The notes: generated by a model from the sequence alone, not told the origin. 60,722 nt of DNA, filler included, from Sphacelaria rigidula (GCA_964200075.2; 6 parts of 6 records of this genome joined end to end with filler, not necessarily neighbours in it), one strand, 5' to 3'; counted from the first letter of the whole stretch, positions 37,593-50,586 are shown. Translations and numbers: made by a program.

Positions 37593-37772
37593 AGTGTTGG
37601 ATTTGGTGGATGCTGGTGCCGATGCAGCGTTGAGGAGGTTTCGGAATTGTTGTTGGGTCTTTTGTTGCTGTAGTTGGGGGGTGGGTCCGGTGTTGCTGTT
37701 TTTTTCGTTGTCGTCGTCATCGTCGCTATCGTCATCGTCCTCAGTGGCGTTGTTCAGCCCATCGCTCTCGAT
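31098..37772 (-). CDS. TFIP11: G-patch domain protein, TFIP11/Ntr1(Spp382)-like spliceosome disassembly factor; four internal exons (partial at both ends)
   Basis: In-phase GT-AG exons: 37772-37107 (acidic/Pro/Ala-rich...GFASWEKSTK), 35259-35110 (GFASKMMAKMGFTGRLGKSEDGVTRQLEVKVRPGQSGLGFGGFKEATTLK, G-patch), 34217-34129 (VNREIEADRRGMTLEE...), 31181-31098 (GKGPKSEAEKLAEKGNWRKGKKRNKRT). The F.SWE+.TKG lead-in to the G-patch is characteristic of TFIP11. Confidence 0.75.
33397..33436. repeat. (CA)n microsatellite
   Basis: Direct reading. Confidence 0.95.
35496..35667. mobile_element. Hairpin MITE (same family as 11025-11196) in a TFIP11-like intron
   Basis: CCACACCGTGGA...TCCACGGAGTGC inverted arms; AATTT on both flanks. 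Confidence 0.75.
35981..36436. mobile_element. Non-autonomous TIR element (~45-bp imperfect TIRs)
   Basis: caacgccgtgtcaagtagggtatacacgatattgtg ... cacaatatcgggtatatcctatccgacacgcgcttg. Confidence 0.6.
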
Positions 37773-37974
37773 CTGTTGTAGGGGTATACATTTGGGCGGC
37801 GGGAGGGGGGCGGGGGTGATAAGCGGGTGACGAGCGGTGAACAGAATGAATAAGGATTTTCGCACACACCCTAGATTTGAACATACATCATTTCCCCTGC
37901 CTTTCCTTTCCTGTCGGGATCGGTAGGGTAGTTCTTCGTGTGGCGCCCATGAAATGCCGGTGTATACTGTTGTG

Positions 37975-38340
37975 TTTATTTTCGTCCCATCTATTATGGA
38001 CGCCGGTCTACACCTTCCGGTAAATGTGGGCGCACCAGCCGGGGTCACACAGGAGGAAGGCCAACACAGGAATTGTTTTCCTTCTTCTGCTTTTAGTTCT
38101 CTACATTCCTTCTGCGGTGCTTGCATTTTATTTTCCATCGCGAGAGGGGTTCAGCAGTCCCTTTCCCTTGTCGACCATGAAGTCGAATTTTGTGTATCTT
38201 CGACGTGATCGCTCTCCACTGTTGGGCATTGTCTGTGTGAGAAAAAATCCCAGATCGTGTGACTGCACCGAGATTCGAACCCCTCAACCCAACCGTCAGA
38301 GGGTTCCGAGGTTACCAACTGAGCCACCGGGGCGACCGGC
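37975..38340 (-). mobile_element. tRNA-derived SINE
   Basis: Minus strand: CCGGTCGCCCCGGTGGCTCAGTTGGTAACC (A box)...GGTTCGAATCTCG (B box), followed by a non-tRNA body shared with 39358-39720. Confidence 0.75.
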
Positions 38341-39357
38341 TGTTTTCGTCTTTTATTGCTTTTTTTGTCGTCGTTTGGCCCTCCCTTTTTCAAGAGGTTC
38401 AAAATTCTTCACGGGGTGCTCACGATTCACCCAGATGTCTTCGCGTATGCACGTCTTATGAGCACGACTGGATTTGCAGCGGGGTAGTTTTCATCGATTT
38501 AATTCATTTCTTGTCGCACGTTAATCGATCCCTCAGGGATCCAGCGTGTCACATGACAGACGCACCCGAGATAAAACAAGAGGTAAGCACTCGCTGAAGG
38601 GGATTGAAGTAATAAACACAGAAAAGTGGGATAGACACGAAGAGTAGACTGAAAAGCAAGGAAATAAACAAACAGGTAAACTAACAAAAAAAAAAAAGAA
38701 GAAGTCAACCATCGAATTGGTCGATCAACCAACCAACCAACCAACCAATCAATCGAGTGAACCAACCAACCCATCGGTCAACTAGGCATGGAGCGGTGCG
38801 CGTCAGTTTCTTAGGCGTATGCTCACAAAAGGAGTACGGAGGCAAGCATTTTCACACGCTGTCCGACTCTACCGCGACTATGTGGGTCGTGAGAGCCGTG
38901 GTCGTTGAACAATGAGCCGTCGTCATTTCTCAATTTTGTTTTCAATAGTCGCATGAGTCTAAAATCACGACTAAAAGGGTCGTCGGGAGCGTGGCACACT
39001 ACACTACTCGGGACATGGATTGACTCGGGGGCAGCGCGTATTATCGGTACAAAGTTATCTACTCAATAACCCCCCCCCCTTCAGCATCACCTACGAAGAA
39101 CTCTTCTTCCCAACTGGGAAGGACGGGGTTCACAGCCCCCCTCCCATGCATGGCATCAAGCCTTTGGATAATTATATGTCGTTGAGGTGAGTTCTCATGT
39201 TTCGTGTTTGGTTGGGGTGGAAGGGTTGGGATGGGTTTCCAGATTGTTCTCGGGGGTTTGGGCCAAGGGTGAGACGACACGGTTGAGAAGGCCTAGTTTT
39301 CGACGCGCTCAGGCACTTCACGACCACAAGCACTCAAGACACGTACGATGTTGCTCA

Positions 39358-39720
39358 TCGACCCGGTGGCTCCGTTGGTAACCTCGAAACCGTCTGCCGG
39401 ATGGGACGTGGGGGGGTTGAATCTCGGCGAAATCGCACGATCTGGGATTTTTTTCTGACGATCATGCCGAACAGTGGAGAGCAACTATGAAGTGGGTGCA
39501 CAAAAGGTTCGACTTCACGGCTGTCGAGAGAAAGGAAGCGCTGACTCCTTCCCGCGATGAAAAGTAAGGCAAGCACCGCAGAGGGAAGACGGAGTACTAA
39601 AAACACAATGAAAAAACGAAAACCTCCTGTGTCGACCTCCTCCGTCCTGTGTGATCCACGCTGATGCGCCCACATACCCAGAAAGGTGAAGACGGGCGTC
39701 CAGAATAGATGGGAGGACAA
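39358..39720 (+). mobile_element. tRNA-derived SINE (second copy)
   Basis: CCCGGTGGCTCCGTTGGTAACCTCG...TTGAATCTCGG plus a body homologous to 37975-38340. Confidence 0.7.
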
Positions 39721-39967
39721 CACACACATACACGTCGTGCTAATCTTGCAATTTTCGCCCGTTTTGTGGTCAGCGCTGCTTGAGAACGCCCTATGACACC
39801 ACCCACTGTGCAAAAACAGCACCCACGCCACACCCACGCCTACTGTAGATAGACGCTTGATGAACAGTATCACTTGGACATCTTCGGGTCCTTCGAAAAT
39901 GCGGAACCGCGCCTGACGAAAACAGAAAAAAAAAACTCATCATATACAGTCATTTTGGAGCAGCAGA

Positions 39968-40090
39968 CCGGTCGCCCCGGTGGCTCAGTTGGTAACCTCG
40001 ACACCTTCTGACGGTTGGGTCGTGGTTTTGAATGTTGGAGTGACCTGGGATTTTTTCTCACACAATGCCCAACAGTGGAGAGCGACCATG
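39968..40090 (+). mobile_element. tRNA-derived SINE (truncated third copy)
   Basis: CCGGTCGCCCCGGTGGCTCAGTTGGTAACCTCG...GGGATTTTTTCTCACAC. Confidence 0.7.
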
Positions 40091-40099
40091 TCGTGGGGT

Positions 40100-40348
40100 T
40101 GAGTCGACTATTGAGGTCATACCAAAGCGATACTTTATACTCAACTATTACTGAGAGTGCTTACTCAATATTTGAGTAGAGTAGCGGAGGTCGTACTCAA
40201 TCTACTCAAAATTTGAGTACAGTATTTGAGGCCGTACTCGACCTACTCACAATTTGGGTAGAGTATTTGAAGCCGTACTCGACCTACCCACAAATTGAGT
40301 AGAGTTCTTGAGGCCGTACTCGACCTACTCAAAAATTGAGTACAGTAG
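40100..40348. repeat. ~41-bp minisatellite with internal TACTCA..TGAGTA hairpin
   Basis: Unit TTGAGGCCGTACTCGACCTACTCAAAAATTGAGTACAGTAT; three well-conserved copies plus degenerate ones. Confidence 0.85.
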
Positions 40349-40449
40349 ATACAACCGTGGTTACATGATAGACGTACCCCCCCCCCCCCCCCCGCACCCC
40401 CCCAAAAACCACACACTCCTAGACGAGAAAAAAAAAACAAAAAAGGAGA

Positions 40450-40549
40450 NNNNNNNNNNNNNNNNNNNNNNNNNNNNNNNNNNNNNNNNNNNNTTAATTA
40501 ATTAANNNNNNNNNNNNNNNNNNNNNNNNNNNNNNNNNNNNNNNNNNNN
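40450..40549. other. Artificial scaffold linker
   Basis: N44-TTAATTAATTAA-N44. Confidence 0.98.
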
Positions 40550-41854
40550 CTCGAAAGGGATGCGTGCTCAATGGTCAAATGACTAAGGCAAGCAACAAAT
40601 GAGTACGCCCCCCCCCCGGAAAAGTGGCTGGTTTGGGGAGGCAAAATCTACATGTAAATCGAGATTAAAGAGGCCGAGCACAACGAGCAGCTGAGAATTC
40701 CCACGCTTGGGTTCGTTTTCGTCAACATCGTTCATATGAGGCGCTTCATACGGCCAGTCCGAAACCAAACATCAGGCGCTATTTGACCATTTTTCTTCGT
40801 GACAGTTTTCAGCTGTTCTTTTTTTTTAGGGGGGGGGGGGGGGGGGTTTTGGAAAAAGATTTATTATGAGGGGGGGGAGTTGTATGTTTGTTTGNNNNNN
40901 NNNNGTCGCTTTTTTTTTTTTTTTTTGTTGGGGGTGGTTGTTTGTGTTTTGTGTTGTGCGGGGGGGGGGGGGGGGGGGTGCTATCGTAGAAAGACTCATT
41001 ACGATCGAGGGAAGTTCATAGATACTGCGAATTGATCGTTTGGGCGACGCTTGCGGTCTACCCGCGAGTTTTCAGACGGTCGTCTTATCGTATGAGTTGT
41101 TTTACAATTTGCTAAATTAACTACGTTCTTACATTGTTCTCACGGTGTTTGAAGAGGGAACCGAATGGCACAATAATCTTGTATTCCTTTTCGAAAACGT
41201 GCCGAACACAAGAGTAAGTTAACCCTTTTGGAACCGCTGATGATGGAAAAATGACGATCTGTAGTTAACGTTTTCTTGAGCAAGATATGGCTATTTTTCT
41301 GCAACTGTTGACGATGCAGCCCACCAAAATGATGCAACACTCTAAGTTCAAGTATGTTCATGTTACAGATTCGTGCACCAAACTCGGAGTGACGTTTTCC
41401 GGTGACGAAAGCTCGCATGGGGGAGTGTGTACTACTTTTCGAGAGTGCCAAAAGGGTTAAGGCTCAAATAAGTGGGAGTGATCTAGACCAGAGACACGAA
41501 AAAAGCAAACCGAAGAAGTTGTCAGTTTACATTTCAAATATCTGGAAACGAAGGAAAAACTAGAAACCAGGTGGCGGTCTGTTCTGTATATGCAGTCTCG
41601 TCACCTGCCTGGTAGTGCAAGTGTTTTTCGAAAAGACCTTGAACACAACAGCAAATGCCAAACCAAGACACTGTTACTTCGATTGTCGACGTGTGTGTCA
41701 TATGCGGAAAGCATTCCGAAACAATGCAAGTGAGTCTGCAAAGTGTTGTAGCCCGTAGATATGTGTGACGTACAGTGAAAGCATACACAAGAAGTTGGGC
41801 ATGGGAGTGCATAAGATTAAGCACCCCAAAACCGAAACACGATTTCATTCTTAA

Positions 41855-41879
41855 AACAACAACAACAACAACAACAACA

Positions 41880-41923
<44 letters not shown>

Positions 41924-41990
41924 AACAGAAACAGAAACAGAAACAGAAACAGAAACAGAAACAGAAACAGAAACAGAAACAACAGCAACA
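41855..41990. repeat. Compound microsatellite (AAC)n(GAC)n(AGAAAC)n
   Basis: Direct reading. Confidence 0.95.
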
Positions 41991-42354
41991 ACCAAGAACA
42001 AGAGAAAATGAAGGAAATAATAATGCTCCGAGTAATCTCAACACCAAGCGCGCATCCTTCCCACCCAATTTGTTTTACACCTTGAAAATAAAAATCTGCT
42101 CAAACTTTTGCTTTGAATTTTCTCACCGTAACGGTGGGAATTATTTCACTCACCAGATCCCCCACAAGGCGAACTCTTGAGCTCTTTCGAAGCAATTGTG
42201 GGGACTTGGAGATAGATTTGGATCGCGAACGACTGCGTACCGCCCGCGGCGTAGAGGCCTGGTGAAAATGACAAACGACCCGCCCCGCCCCCCCCCCCCC
42301 CCGCGACGGAAACGAATACGATAAAGTAAAAATCGTGAGCAACAATAACGACGG

Positions 42355-42570
42355 CAGCATGTGAAACATCAGCAATATTAGCGATATGAGCAACATTAAC
42401 ACTAGCGACATGAGCAAAAGTTAGCATTAGCAACATGAGCAACATTAGCAACATTAGCACCATTAGCACCATTAGCAACATTAGCAACATGAGCATTAGC
42501 AACATGAGCACCATTGACATTAGCAACATGATCAACATTGACATTCGCGACATGAGCAATATTAACAACA
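42355..42570. repeat. Degenerate 9-bp tandem repeat (AGCAACATT/AGCAACATG)
   Basis: Direct reading. Confidence 0.9.
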
Positions 42571-44534
42571 ACACAACAATAACTAGCACCCCCTCCTGCA
42601 GGGCTCGTCGCTGAGAGTTCACGCCCAAATGATATGGTTCCCAAATCGCCGAACCTGGACCTGGTTTCACAACCTATTCACTATATCTTATTTGTTTGTC
42701 TGCTTCTTCTCCGCTTGATCCCCTGACCTGACGAAATGCGGCAGGCGCCGGCCATTTCTTGTCTTTTTTTGGTCATGGGGACCCGTTCTAGATCTCTAAT
42801 GCCGTTTCTCTTTTTGCCTCCTTTTTATTCTTCCCTCCCCTGTCCTTTCCTTTCCTTCCCTGCCCTTCCCTTTTCATTTAATTTCTTCTTTTTCTTTCCG
42901 ACCGTTGTGTTTTTTTAATCCTCTACTACCGTGTACTCTGTTTTGTTTCATCTTTTCATCGTTGTTTCCTTTCTGAGGTCCCCCTTAACCCTTTTTGGTA
43001 CTGGCAATAAAAAAGTGCTGATTTCGCGGTGCTGTTTTTTGAGCAGCACACGGCTGATTGTTTGCAGCTTCCAAGGTTTGCCCGAGGCGTGTTTTTCAGA
43101 CCCTCGACCGCTTCCAGCTGGCGGTGAATCGCGTAAAATACTGTATCGCACCTCAATCCTCCCACGTGTGGTGAGGGGATTTCTGTGTGCTCGGCCATAC
43201 TACTTTGTTTCTGTGATGTGGTTCGATCTCCGGACTGCAGCACAACAATACGCCGGTGGGGTGCATCACCTACTATATAAATGTGTGCCGCAGTGCCATA
43301 CGGGACTAACTATATCGAAAATACACAGGTGGTGCTGATTTTTGTTCGTATGAAATTCAGAGGCCGCGGTGCTGCTTTTTGCTGTGTGCACGAACAGTTG
43401 AACATACTTGACCCGTTGCGTCCCCTCATTTGATAAAAAAACTAATCCGACCGCACCGGGGTGACCCTTTTGGTGCGGGCATGACGTATGTCAGTGGATT
43501 CTTCTGTGACCTTCCGCCGTGAAAATGGTTGTTGTCGGTATTTTCTTTTTCCACCTTTTATCCGTTGTCAGCGCTTGAAACAACGAGGCGTCTGAAGCGG
43601 GGGCGGGAGGAGAGGGTTCCCAAAGGGTTCACGAGTGTTTCCGCCGTAGGTACGAGTAATTAATTACCTTGGGTAAATCTGTCGTGAGCACGACTGGATT
43701 TCTCGAGGACCAGTTGGGTGTGCATAAGCACTTAATTGAGCCATCTCCATTATCACCGCCAGTAGAGGGAGGGTTAACAGTTCATGCTACATCATCACGA
43801 AGGCTTTAAAGTAGAAGCCACGACGTAAAAAATAGTTCGAACATCGAAACAGTAAACGCAGGGCGTGCTTCGTTGGTGCCGTCCATTGAGATGTAGTGGC
43901 TCGACAAGGTATCAAGGGTCGGATGAAGTGATGATTCGTCTGGAAATTACTTGGTTATGGTGTAATTGATTCGAATCGTACGAATCAATCCCTAGGCTTC
44001 GTTTTCAGCGTTGCAACCCAGGTACACGTAGCCCAGACACGTGGAATGGCGCAAAAGTTGCATAGATACCCCTTGGATCAGCGGTCATTTTTTTCTCCCT
44101 TTTGGGCAATCAGGCCGAAGAAATCGTGGATTTGGTGATTCGGACGCGTAATGACGCGTCCTAACCGTGCAAGGTATACACCACTGGCACAACATCACCC
44201 ATACCATAGAGAGCGGCGTTAGGTTGGTGAGGGTGGTCTGCTCTACCGTATAACCGGAGACGTGTTTCGCAACAACGACAGAAGCAATGTAGGGTGTTTT
44301 CGACCTAATGTACAGGACTGAGAGGGGTGGTTTCTTCTATAAAGACACTCTGGTAAATATGAATATCGATATTGATTTTCTTGACAATAGTGTACATGGG
44401 CTTGCCCCCACTTGAAGGACACCCGATCTACGGTGACAAGCAGATGCCAGGAACCACCAAGACCTTTCCAGTGCGGCGTGTCGCGTGGTGCTCTCTGTGA
44501 GATAGTTTGGTCTATGTGCAGTCCACATATTGCG

Positions 44535-45220
44535 TTGATTGGGTGATGGGTTGATCGGTTGATCGGTTGATCGGTTGATTGGTTGATCGGTTGATCGGTT
44601 GATTGGTTGATCGGTTGATCGGTTGGTCAATCGGTTGGTTAATTGGTCGGCTGATTGGTTGGTTGATTGATTGGTTGAATGGTCGATTGATGGACTTCTT
44701 CAGTGGTTGGTTGATTGGTTGATGGGTGATAAATTGATCGATAAATTGATTGATAAACTGAATTGATTGATCAATTGATGAACTGATTGATATATTTGAT
44801 TGATAAATTTATTGATATATTGATTGATAAACTGACTGACGAATTCTTTGACAAATTTATTGAAAAATCGGTTGATAAATTTTCCTGACGAGTTCATTGA
44901 TATATTCGATTTATAAATTGATTAATGATTTGATTGATATAACATTGATTGATGGTGATTGATAAATTTACTGACGAATTGATTGACAAATTGATTGACA
45001 AATTGATTGATGAACTAATAAATTGATAAATTAATTGATGAATTGATTCATAAACTGATGGATTGATTGATGTATTTGATTCATAAATTGATTGATATAT
45101 TGATTGATGGGTGATTGATAAATTGTCTGACAAATTGATTGACGAATTGATCGTTTGATTGATAAACTGATTTGATTGATGGATAAGTTGATGGATAAGT
45201 TGATCAATTATACCGACTGA
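44535..45220. repeat. Strand-biased (TTGA/TCGG/TTGG/TAAA) tetramer-based satellite
   Basis: (TTGATCGG)n grading into (TTGATTGATAAA)n-like units. Short opposite-strand copies at ~32720-32800 and ~38715-38780. Confidence 0.9.
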
Positions 45221-45679
45221 TTTGAAAAATACGGGAAAATGATGAAGAAAGGGCAAAACATTGAAAAAAATGTTTTTGCTGGGGATATGGGTAGCAGCGC
45301 GCACTGACTTCACAGTCCGCTACCCGTCTTTCAACGGTTGGGGGTGGGGGCGGGGGAGTAGTTTAGAAAAGCATACCGTTATGGGTGGGAATGGAGGGCA
45401 TCACGACCGAAAATCAGCAACAAACGAAAAAAAATCAGAAACGCGGAGGAATAATGAACACGTCAGTAGGTGGTCGCACCTGTGCCGAGGCCTTCTCGAA
45501 CAGAAGTCACGCTTCATCACTTATAAACTTGGTTTACTATGGGACAGATATAGCACCGGAGATCGCGCGGTTTTCAACACAGGAAGCAACCCAGCCCACG
45601 GCACTTCGCAGACCCCCACATACACACAAGATCTATGCAATTGGGTTTCAAATCTTCCTGGCGTCGCGTCAGCGACGAG

Positions 45680-45716
<37 letters not shown>

Positions 45717-46074
45717 ACCAACACACTAAGAACTCATATTCTTTTTCGGATTATAGCTCNNNNNNNNNNCTACGCAATTGGTTTTCACATTTTCCTGGCG
45801 TCGCGTCAGCGACGAGAACCCCCCCCCCCCCTCCCCCCAGTGCGCAAAACTACCTCATCATTATACGTTTGGATTTGTTGCGGCTCAGTATCGCGCTTAA
45901 ACGAAAAAGTGTAACTAGTTGACCTAGCTTGGGTGTGTGAGAAGCGCACGCAAGAAACTGCAGTCCAAGCCTCTGCTTCGTCGCCGAGTTGTACGCGTTA
46001 CGCGATCGGAACCTTTGGGTTGAGGATTAGTAGCGCTATTCGAGGTCCAACATGGCGAATTAAAAAAATCGGTG

Positions 46075-47065
46075 CGCATGTTGTTTTTTTTCTTGCCGCA
46101 AGCAAGTTGTGGCGACAGGCGGTTTGGCGCGTGCCGCCATGCGCTGCTACTCGGTTCTGTGCGGCTGTGCACTGAAGGCAATCTCGCCTTTCAACAGCGA
46201 GTATCCCTTCGAGTGTCGGATTTCAGAGGGGGGTTTCACAGAAGGAAGACAAAAGAAGCGGCTGCTTAGTGTCAGGGCTCCAGTGCAGAAGCCGAGGCAT
46301 CTGGAGCGCTTGCAGTACGTGCACTGCCTTACATCTGCTGGCGACTGTGATCATGTATTTAGTAACTGTCTGTATATGTACTCGTAAAAGATATAATAGT
46401 GAAGCGCAAACTATGCGACGTTCGACGAGCTTCGTTTTGGGCTGCATATTTCTTTTTTGCGGCGAGCAATGTGTGACGGTATTTCACCTTGTGGCGTGCC
46501 ACCAGGTGCTGCTTCGTTCTGTACGGCTGTGCACGATGGGCAAAATCGCCTTTCAACAGCGAGTACTCTTCATGTATTGAGTTGCAGAGGGCGAGATCAC
46601 GCATGAACTTCGGCTGTTGTGTCTGAGGGTTCCAGCGGAGAAGCCAGGGCGCGCAGAGCGATTTGTATTTTAGACTACGCACTGACTATGTATGAACAGG
46701 TCAGCAGAGCCACGATGTTTCAACTGAAAAGAAGGTGTTAACCACGCGATTTGCGCCGACTTGCATCATCGACCGTTATTTTTTTACATCAACCAACGGC
46801 ACGACATTTGCTTTGGTGGCGGTCCGCCATGTGCTGTTGTGTTCTGTGGGGATGTGCACAAAGGACAACCTCACGTATCATGAGCGAATGCCCTCTCATA
46901 CCTTGACTTGAAGGGGACGAGTTCACCGATGAAATACGGCTGTCTTGTGACACACGGTTTCGAGACAGAACCCAGAGCGTCTACGAGTAGAGCGATTTTC
47001 ATGTTTAATGACGCACTGGTCATGTATGACCGGGTCGGCAGAGCAACGACGTTTCACCTGACTGC
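46075..47065. repeat. Three diverged ~350-bp tandem units
   Basis: GTGCC..CA..GCTGCT..G.TTCTGT.CGGCTGTGCAC...GGCAA..TCGCCTTTCAACAGCGAGTA recurs at ~46130, ~46495 and ~46820. Confidence 0.7.
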
Positions 47066-48099
47066 CTGTACATACTACAAAGAACATGTAAGCTATGCGA
47101 CTTTAGCCAACTTTCTGTTTAAGCGGGACACTCTACAGGCGGGAAGGAGCGTAGTGGGTGACTAACCGCAATTCACCTCGCCCACTCCCGTGTCATCGTC
47201 CATCTCGTCTCTGCTGGGCTCACAATTTTGTTTTGTCACGTTTGTCCAACGTCGTCCCTTACGAGATTTCGAAATTAGGGGAAAATTGACGTTCGAGATG
47301 TTGATCTGGACAGAGTGTACCAGACCGTGCCCAAGCGACTGACAATATGGGATTCCTCCCACCCATGCCATGACCCTGACACCACGAAGCCCATAAATTT
47401 TTTCACTCTCCAAGCCCGCAGTCACAGCTATGTGTAGGACATGCAGCGCGCAGCCAATCCGCACAGGGTGAAACTCTTGACCGTCAACATCAACATCGCC
47501 CTCAGTACTTTCCACATGCGCGACGCTGCTGCTCATGGTATCCAAATTTCCGTACTTTCTCGTTCTAGCACGATGTCTGGCACGCCTTTCACTGCAGGCG
47601 CGTTGGTGTGTGATGGCCACAAGTGCTGCTGTTCGTGTTATTGTCTTGTTATATTCGCAATGATGATAAACGCGGGATGACAGCTCGGGGGGGGGCGCTT
47701 CCCGAGTAGTACAGCAGCTGAACACTAGTGCACCAAGAGTTTCCACCCACTGATCTGGAGCGAGTTATCCGGAGGAACAATATCATTTCAACACCGAGCA
47801 CTCAGGGCCCGTGTTATCGAGTCCAAAAATGTGAGAGCGCGACGTGATAGTGAAAGTGATTGTGGCAGTTGGTTTGTTTTTTTTCATGAATCCGATTGGT
47901 TGTGACTTGACGCCACATTCTCACCTCCCCCAAAATCCCTTTCAGGAAAATTAATCTTCTGGAAAATAATTATCGTGACAGCTGATGGACATTTGCGTGA
48001 GAATGCGAAGAGCAGCGTCACATGGTTGCAAGGCGGAGGCTGTTGGGCTCTTCATGGGACAGACGGTTGGCTTCCCGTCACTAGCAGCATTAGCCACGC

Positions 48100-49090
48100 T
48101 GGCTTCAATCCCATCACCAGCAGTAGCCACGCGTCGGAGACACACTCCACGTGCACAGCTCCCACACAGAGATGCACACAGCTGTATCTCCCAGAATTTC
48201 GCCGAGTGAGCAAGCATGGACCCATCGGCGGGTAGTACGTACCAGCGCTGTCCAGCACGGTGGCTATCACTCACAAGGGGCATGGGTGTTGTCGCACGGT
48301 CGAAACACGGACCGTCTACGATGAAGAGCAGCAGCAGCAGCAGTAGCAGCAGTAGCAGCAGTAGCAGCATCAGCAGCAGCAGCAGCATCGGCACCGGCTG
48401 ATTCAGACCCCCCCAGCCGTACACATTTACTGGCAATAAAGGTGCTGCTGCTGCTGCTGCTGCTGCTGCTTCTCGTGCGGGAGGCGGTCCGCGTTTGGAC
48501 ATGCGACAATACCCATGCACCTGTCGCGTTATTGCCTCCTCCTATTATATTTGAAATCGACTATGATCTGTTCCCGTGTTGTTACCCCCGTAGCATCTTC
48601 AGTACGAGTACAAATCACTTGTTTTCCCCAGTACTGAACGCTGGCTTTATTCTCATCACCAGGAGTAGCCACGCGTGCGAGACACACTCCACGTGCACAT
48701 CTCGCACAGAGAGATGCGCGCAGCTATATCTCTCAGCACTTAGTCTAGCGAGGACGCATAGACCCATCGGCGAGTAGTACGGACCAGCGCATTCCAGCAC
48801 GGTGGCTATCACGCGCAAGATGCGGAGGCGTTGTAGCACGATCGAAAAGCGGGCCGTCTCTCCCATGAGGAAGAACGGCGGCAACAGCAGTATCGGCACC
48901 GGCTGATTGAGACCCACCCCCCGCCGCGTACATCTACTGGCAGTAGAGATCCTGCTAATACTGCTGCTAATACTGCTGCTGATACTGCTGCTGATACTGC
49001 TGCTGATACTGCTGCTATTGCTTCTTCTTCTCTTGCCGAAGGCGGGCCGCGTTTCGACCTGCGACAATACCCATACCCCATTGCGCGTGA
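48100..49090. repeat. Two tandem copies of a ~450-550-bp CAG/CTG-containing repeat; related copy at ~60140-60420
   Basis: AGTAGCCACGCGT..GAGACACACTCCACGTGCACA...CCAGCACGGTGGCTATCA...ATCGGCACCGGCTGATT occurs at ~48122 and ~48664. Confidence 0.8.
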
Positions 49091-49973
49091 TTACCGCCCT
49101 TCTTGAAGTCGCTGGTCTGTTCGCGTGTTGTTTTACCGTCTCTGTGTCACTGGTTTCCCACCCTGGCATGCTCTATTAGAACGGCGCGTGGTTTCTCGTG
49201 ATAATGAAGTTGTGAACCGCCACTCTACTACAGTATCACGATCATGAAATGATCATCATTTCTCTTGTTTCGCAAAAACGCCGCCTCAGGGCGTGTCTTA
49301 TCAAATTGCTTTCGACTCGAAAAAGTACCGTGGAATCAAATTTGCTCGCACCTGATACGTCCGCGGCATCCATGTTCTCAACCATCCGAGAAAATGAGCA
49401 GCGTGGACGAATCAGAAACGAGCGAATTCGATTCCACCGTACGTTTTCGAGTCGAAAACAATTTGATAAGGCACGGCCTCACAGGCTTGAAGATATGTAC
49501 CCATGTTTACAGTACATATCATGTGAGCCAGGTCGTTGTCTTCAGGTGATGTCTGTATTTTCGATTGGAATGATTCGTCCGATTACGATCCAGTTCTTAC
49601 GCATATAGCGCTCGTGATCCATTTTCCCGAAATATAGTACCAAAAATCGGGCCCCAAGGCCCACCCATAACAACCAGTGTTTGCGTGAGATTGAGAGAAG
49701 AGAATGCTATTGAGAGTGAAGAGCGGCCAATTACTGAACGAACCGTTTCAGTTTCTAAAGGCCCCTCAACGAGGTCCTGTATGCTTTCTGTAGCAGCTGG
49801 CCACTGAGGCTCTTGATATCCCCAAGTAGGATATCGACGTGTAGCTGTAAGCACACAAATGTGATAGAGGCAAAGAAAAGCACACACTGGATGAAAAAAT
49901 GGCCAAGTTAAAGCGAATGATCAAGGACACTCCTAATCGGCGCTATACTCTCAATCTCACGAAAGCGTCGTTA

Positions 49974-50445
49974 GCCCAACTCTAATGGCAGTCGTTCGAA
50001 ATTCCTGTTGAAAACTGCCTTTTTGGCCCTTCTCCGTCGATTTACGCCCGAAAAGAGGGCTGGGCTGATGTTGACGCCTTGGAATGGCTTGCTCTAATCG
50101 TTGAGGCCATTCTAGGGCAACTTTGCATTTCCCGCTGGCCGCACTTTTGTTTCTACCCAAATGAGGCGAGGCACGGATTTTCAGTAAAAAAAAGTAAGGT
50201 GATCAAAATTTCCCCCTGTTTTTTTATTGCTTGACCGTTTTTTGTTGGAAATCGGTGTTTGGCCAAAAATGAAAGTGCGGCCAGCGGGAAATGCAAGGTT
50301 GCCCTGGAGTGGCACCAATGAGTAGAGCAAGTCATTCCGAGGCGTCAACATCCGCCGAGCCCTCTTTTTCGCCGTGAAACGACGGAAAATGGCCAAAAAG
50401 GCAGTTTTGAACAGGAATTTTGAACGGCTGCCATTAGAGTCGGTC
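49974..50445. mobile_element. Foldback MITE with TTA target-site duplication (PIF/Harbinger/Tourist-like)
   Basis: TTA|GCCCAACTCTAATGGCAG ... CTGCCATTAGAGTCGGTC|TTA; inverted arms ~190 bp. Confidence 0.75.
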
Positions 50446-50586
50446 TTAACAGTAAAATAATCAACGCCACATCGAATATGTCGAGGAGCCCTCCTTCGGC
50501 TACGAGCTGGGTCAGCCTAGACACGGATTTAAGCTCTCAAAGCAATATCTCGTCGACACGGACGAGTCGGGCCATGATCCGCATAT

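Noticed and set aside
38270..38340. tRNA gene
   Set aside because: A and B boxes are present but there is no proper cloverleaf or acceptor stem, and it is fused to a body shared with other copies; it is a SINE.
40100..40348. CRISPR-like array of ~41-bp palindromic repeats
   Set aside because: Units are contiguous with no unique spacers, there are no cas genes, and the context is eukaryotic; it is a minisatellite.
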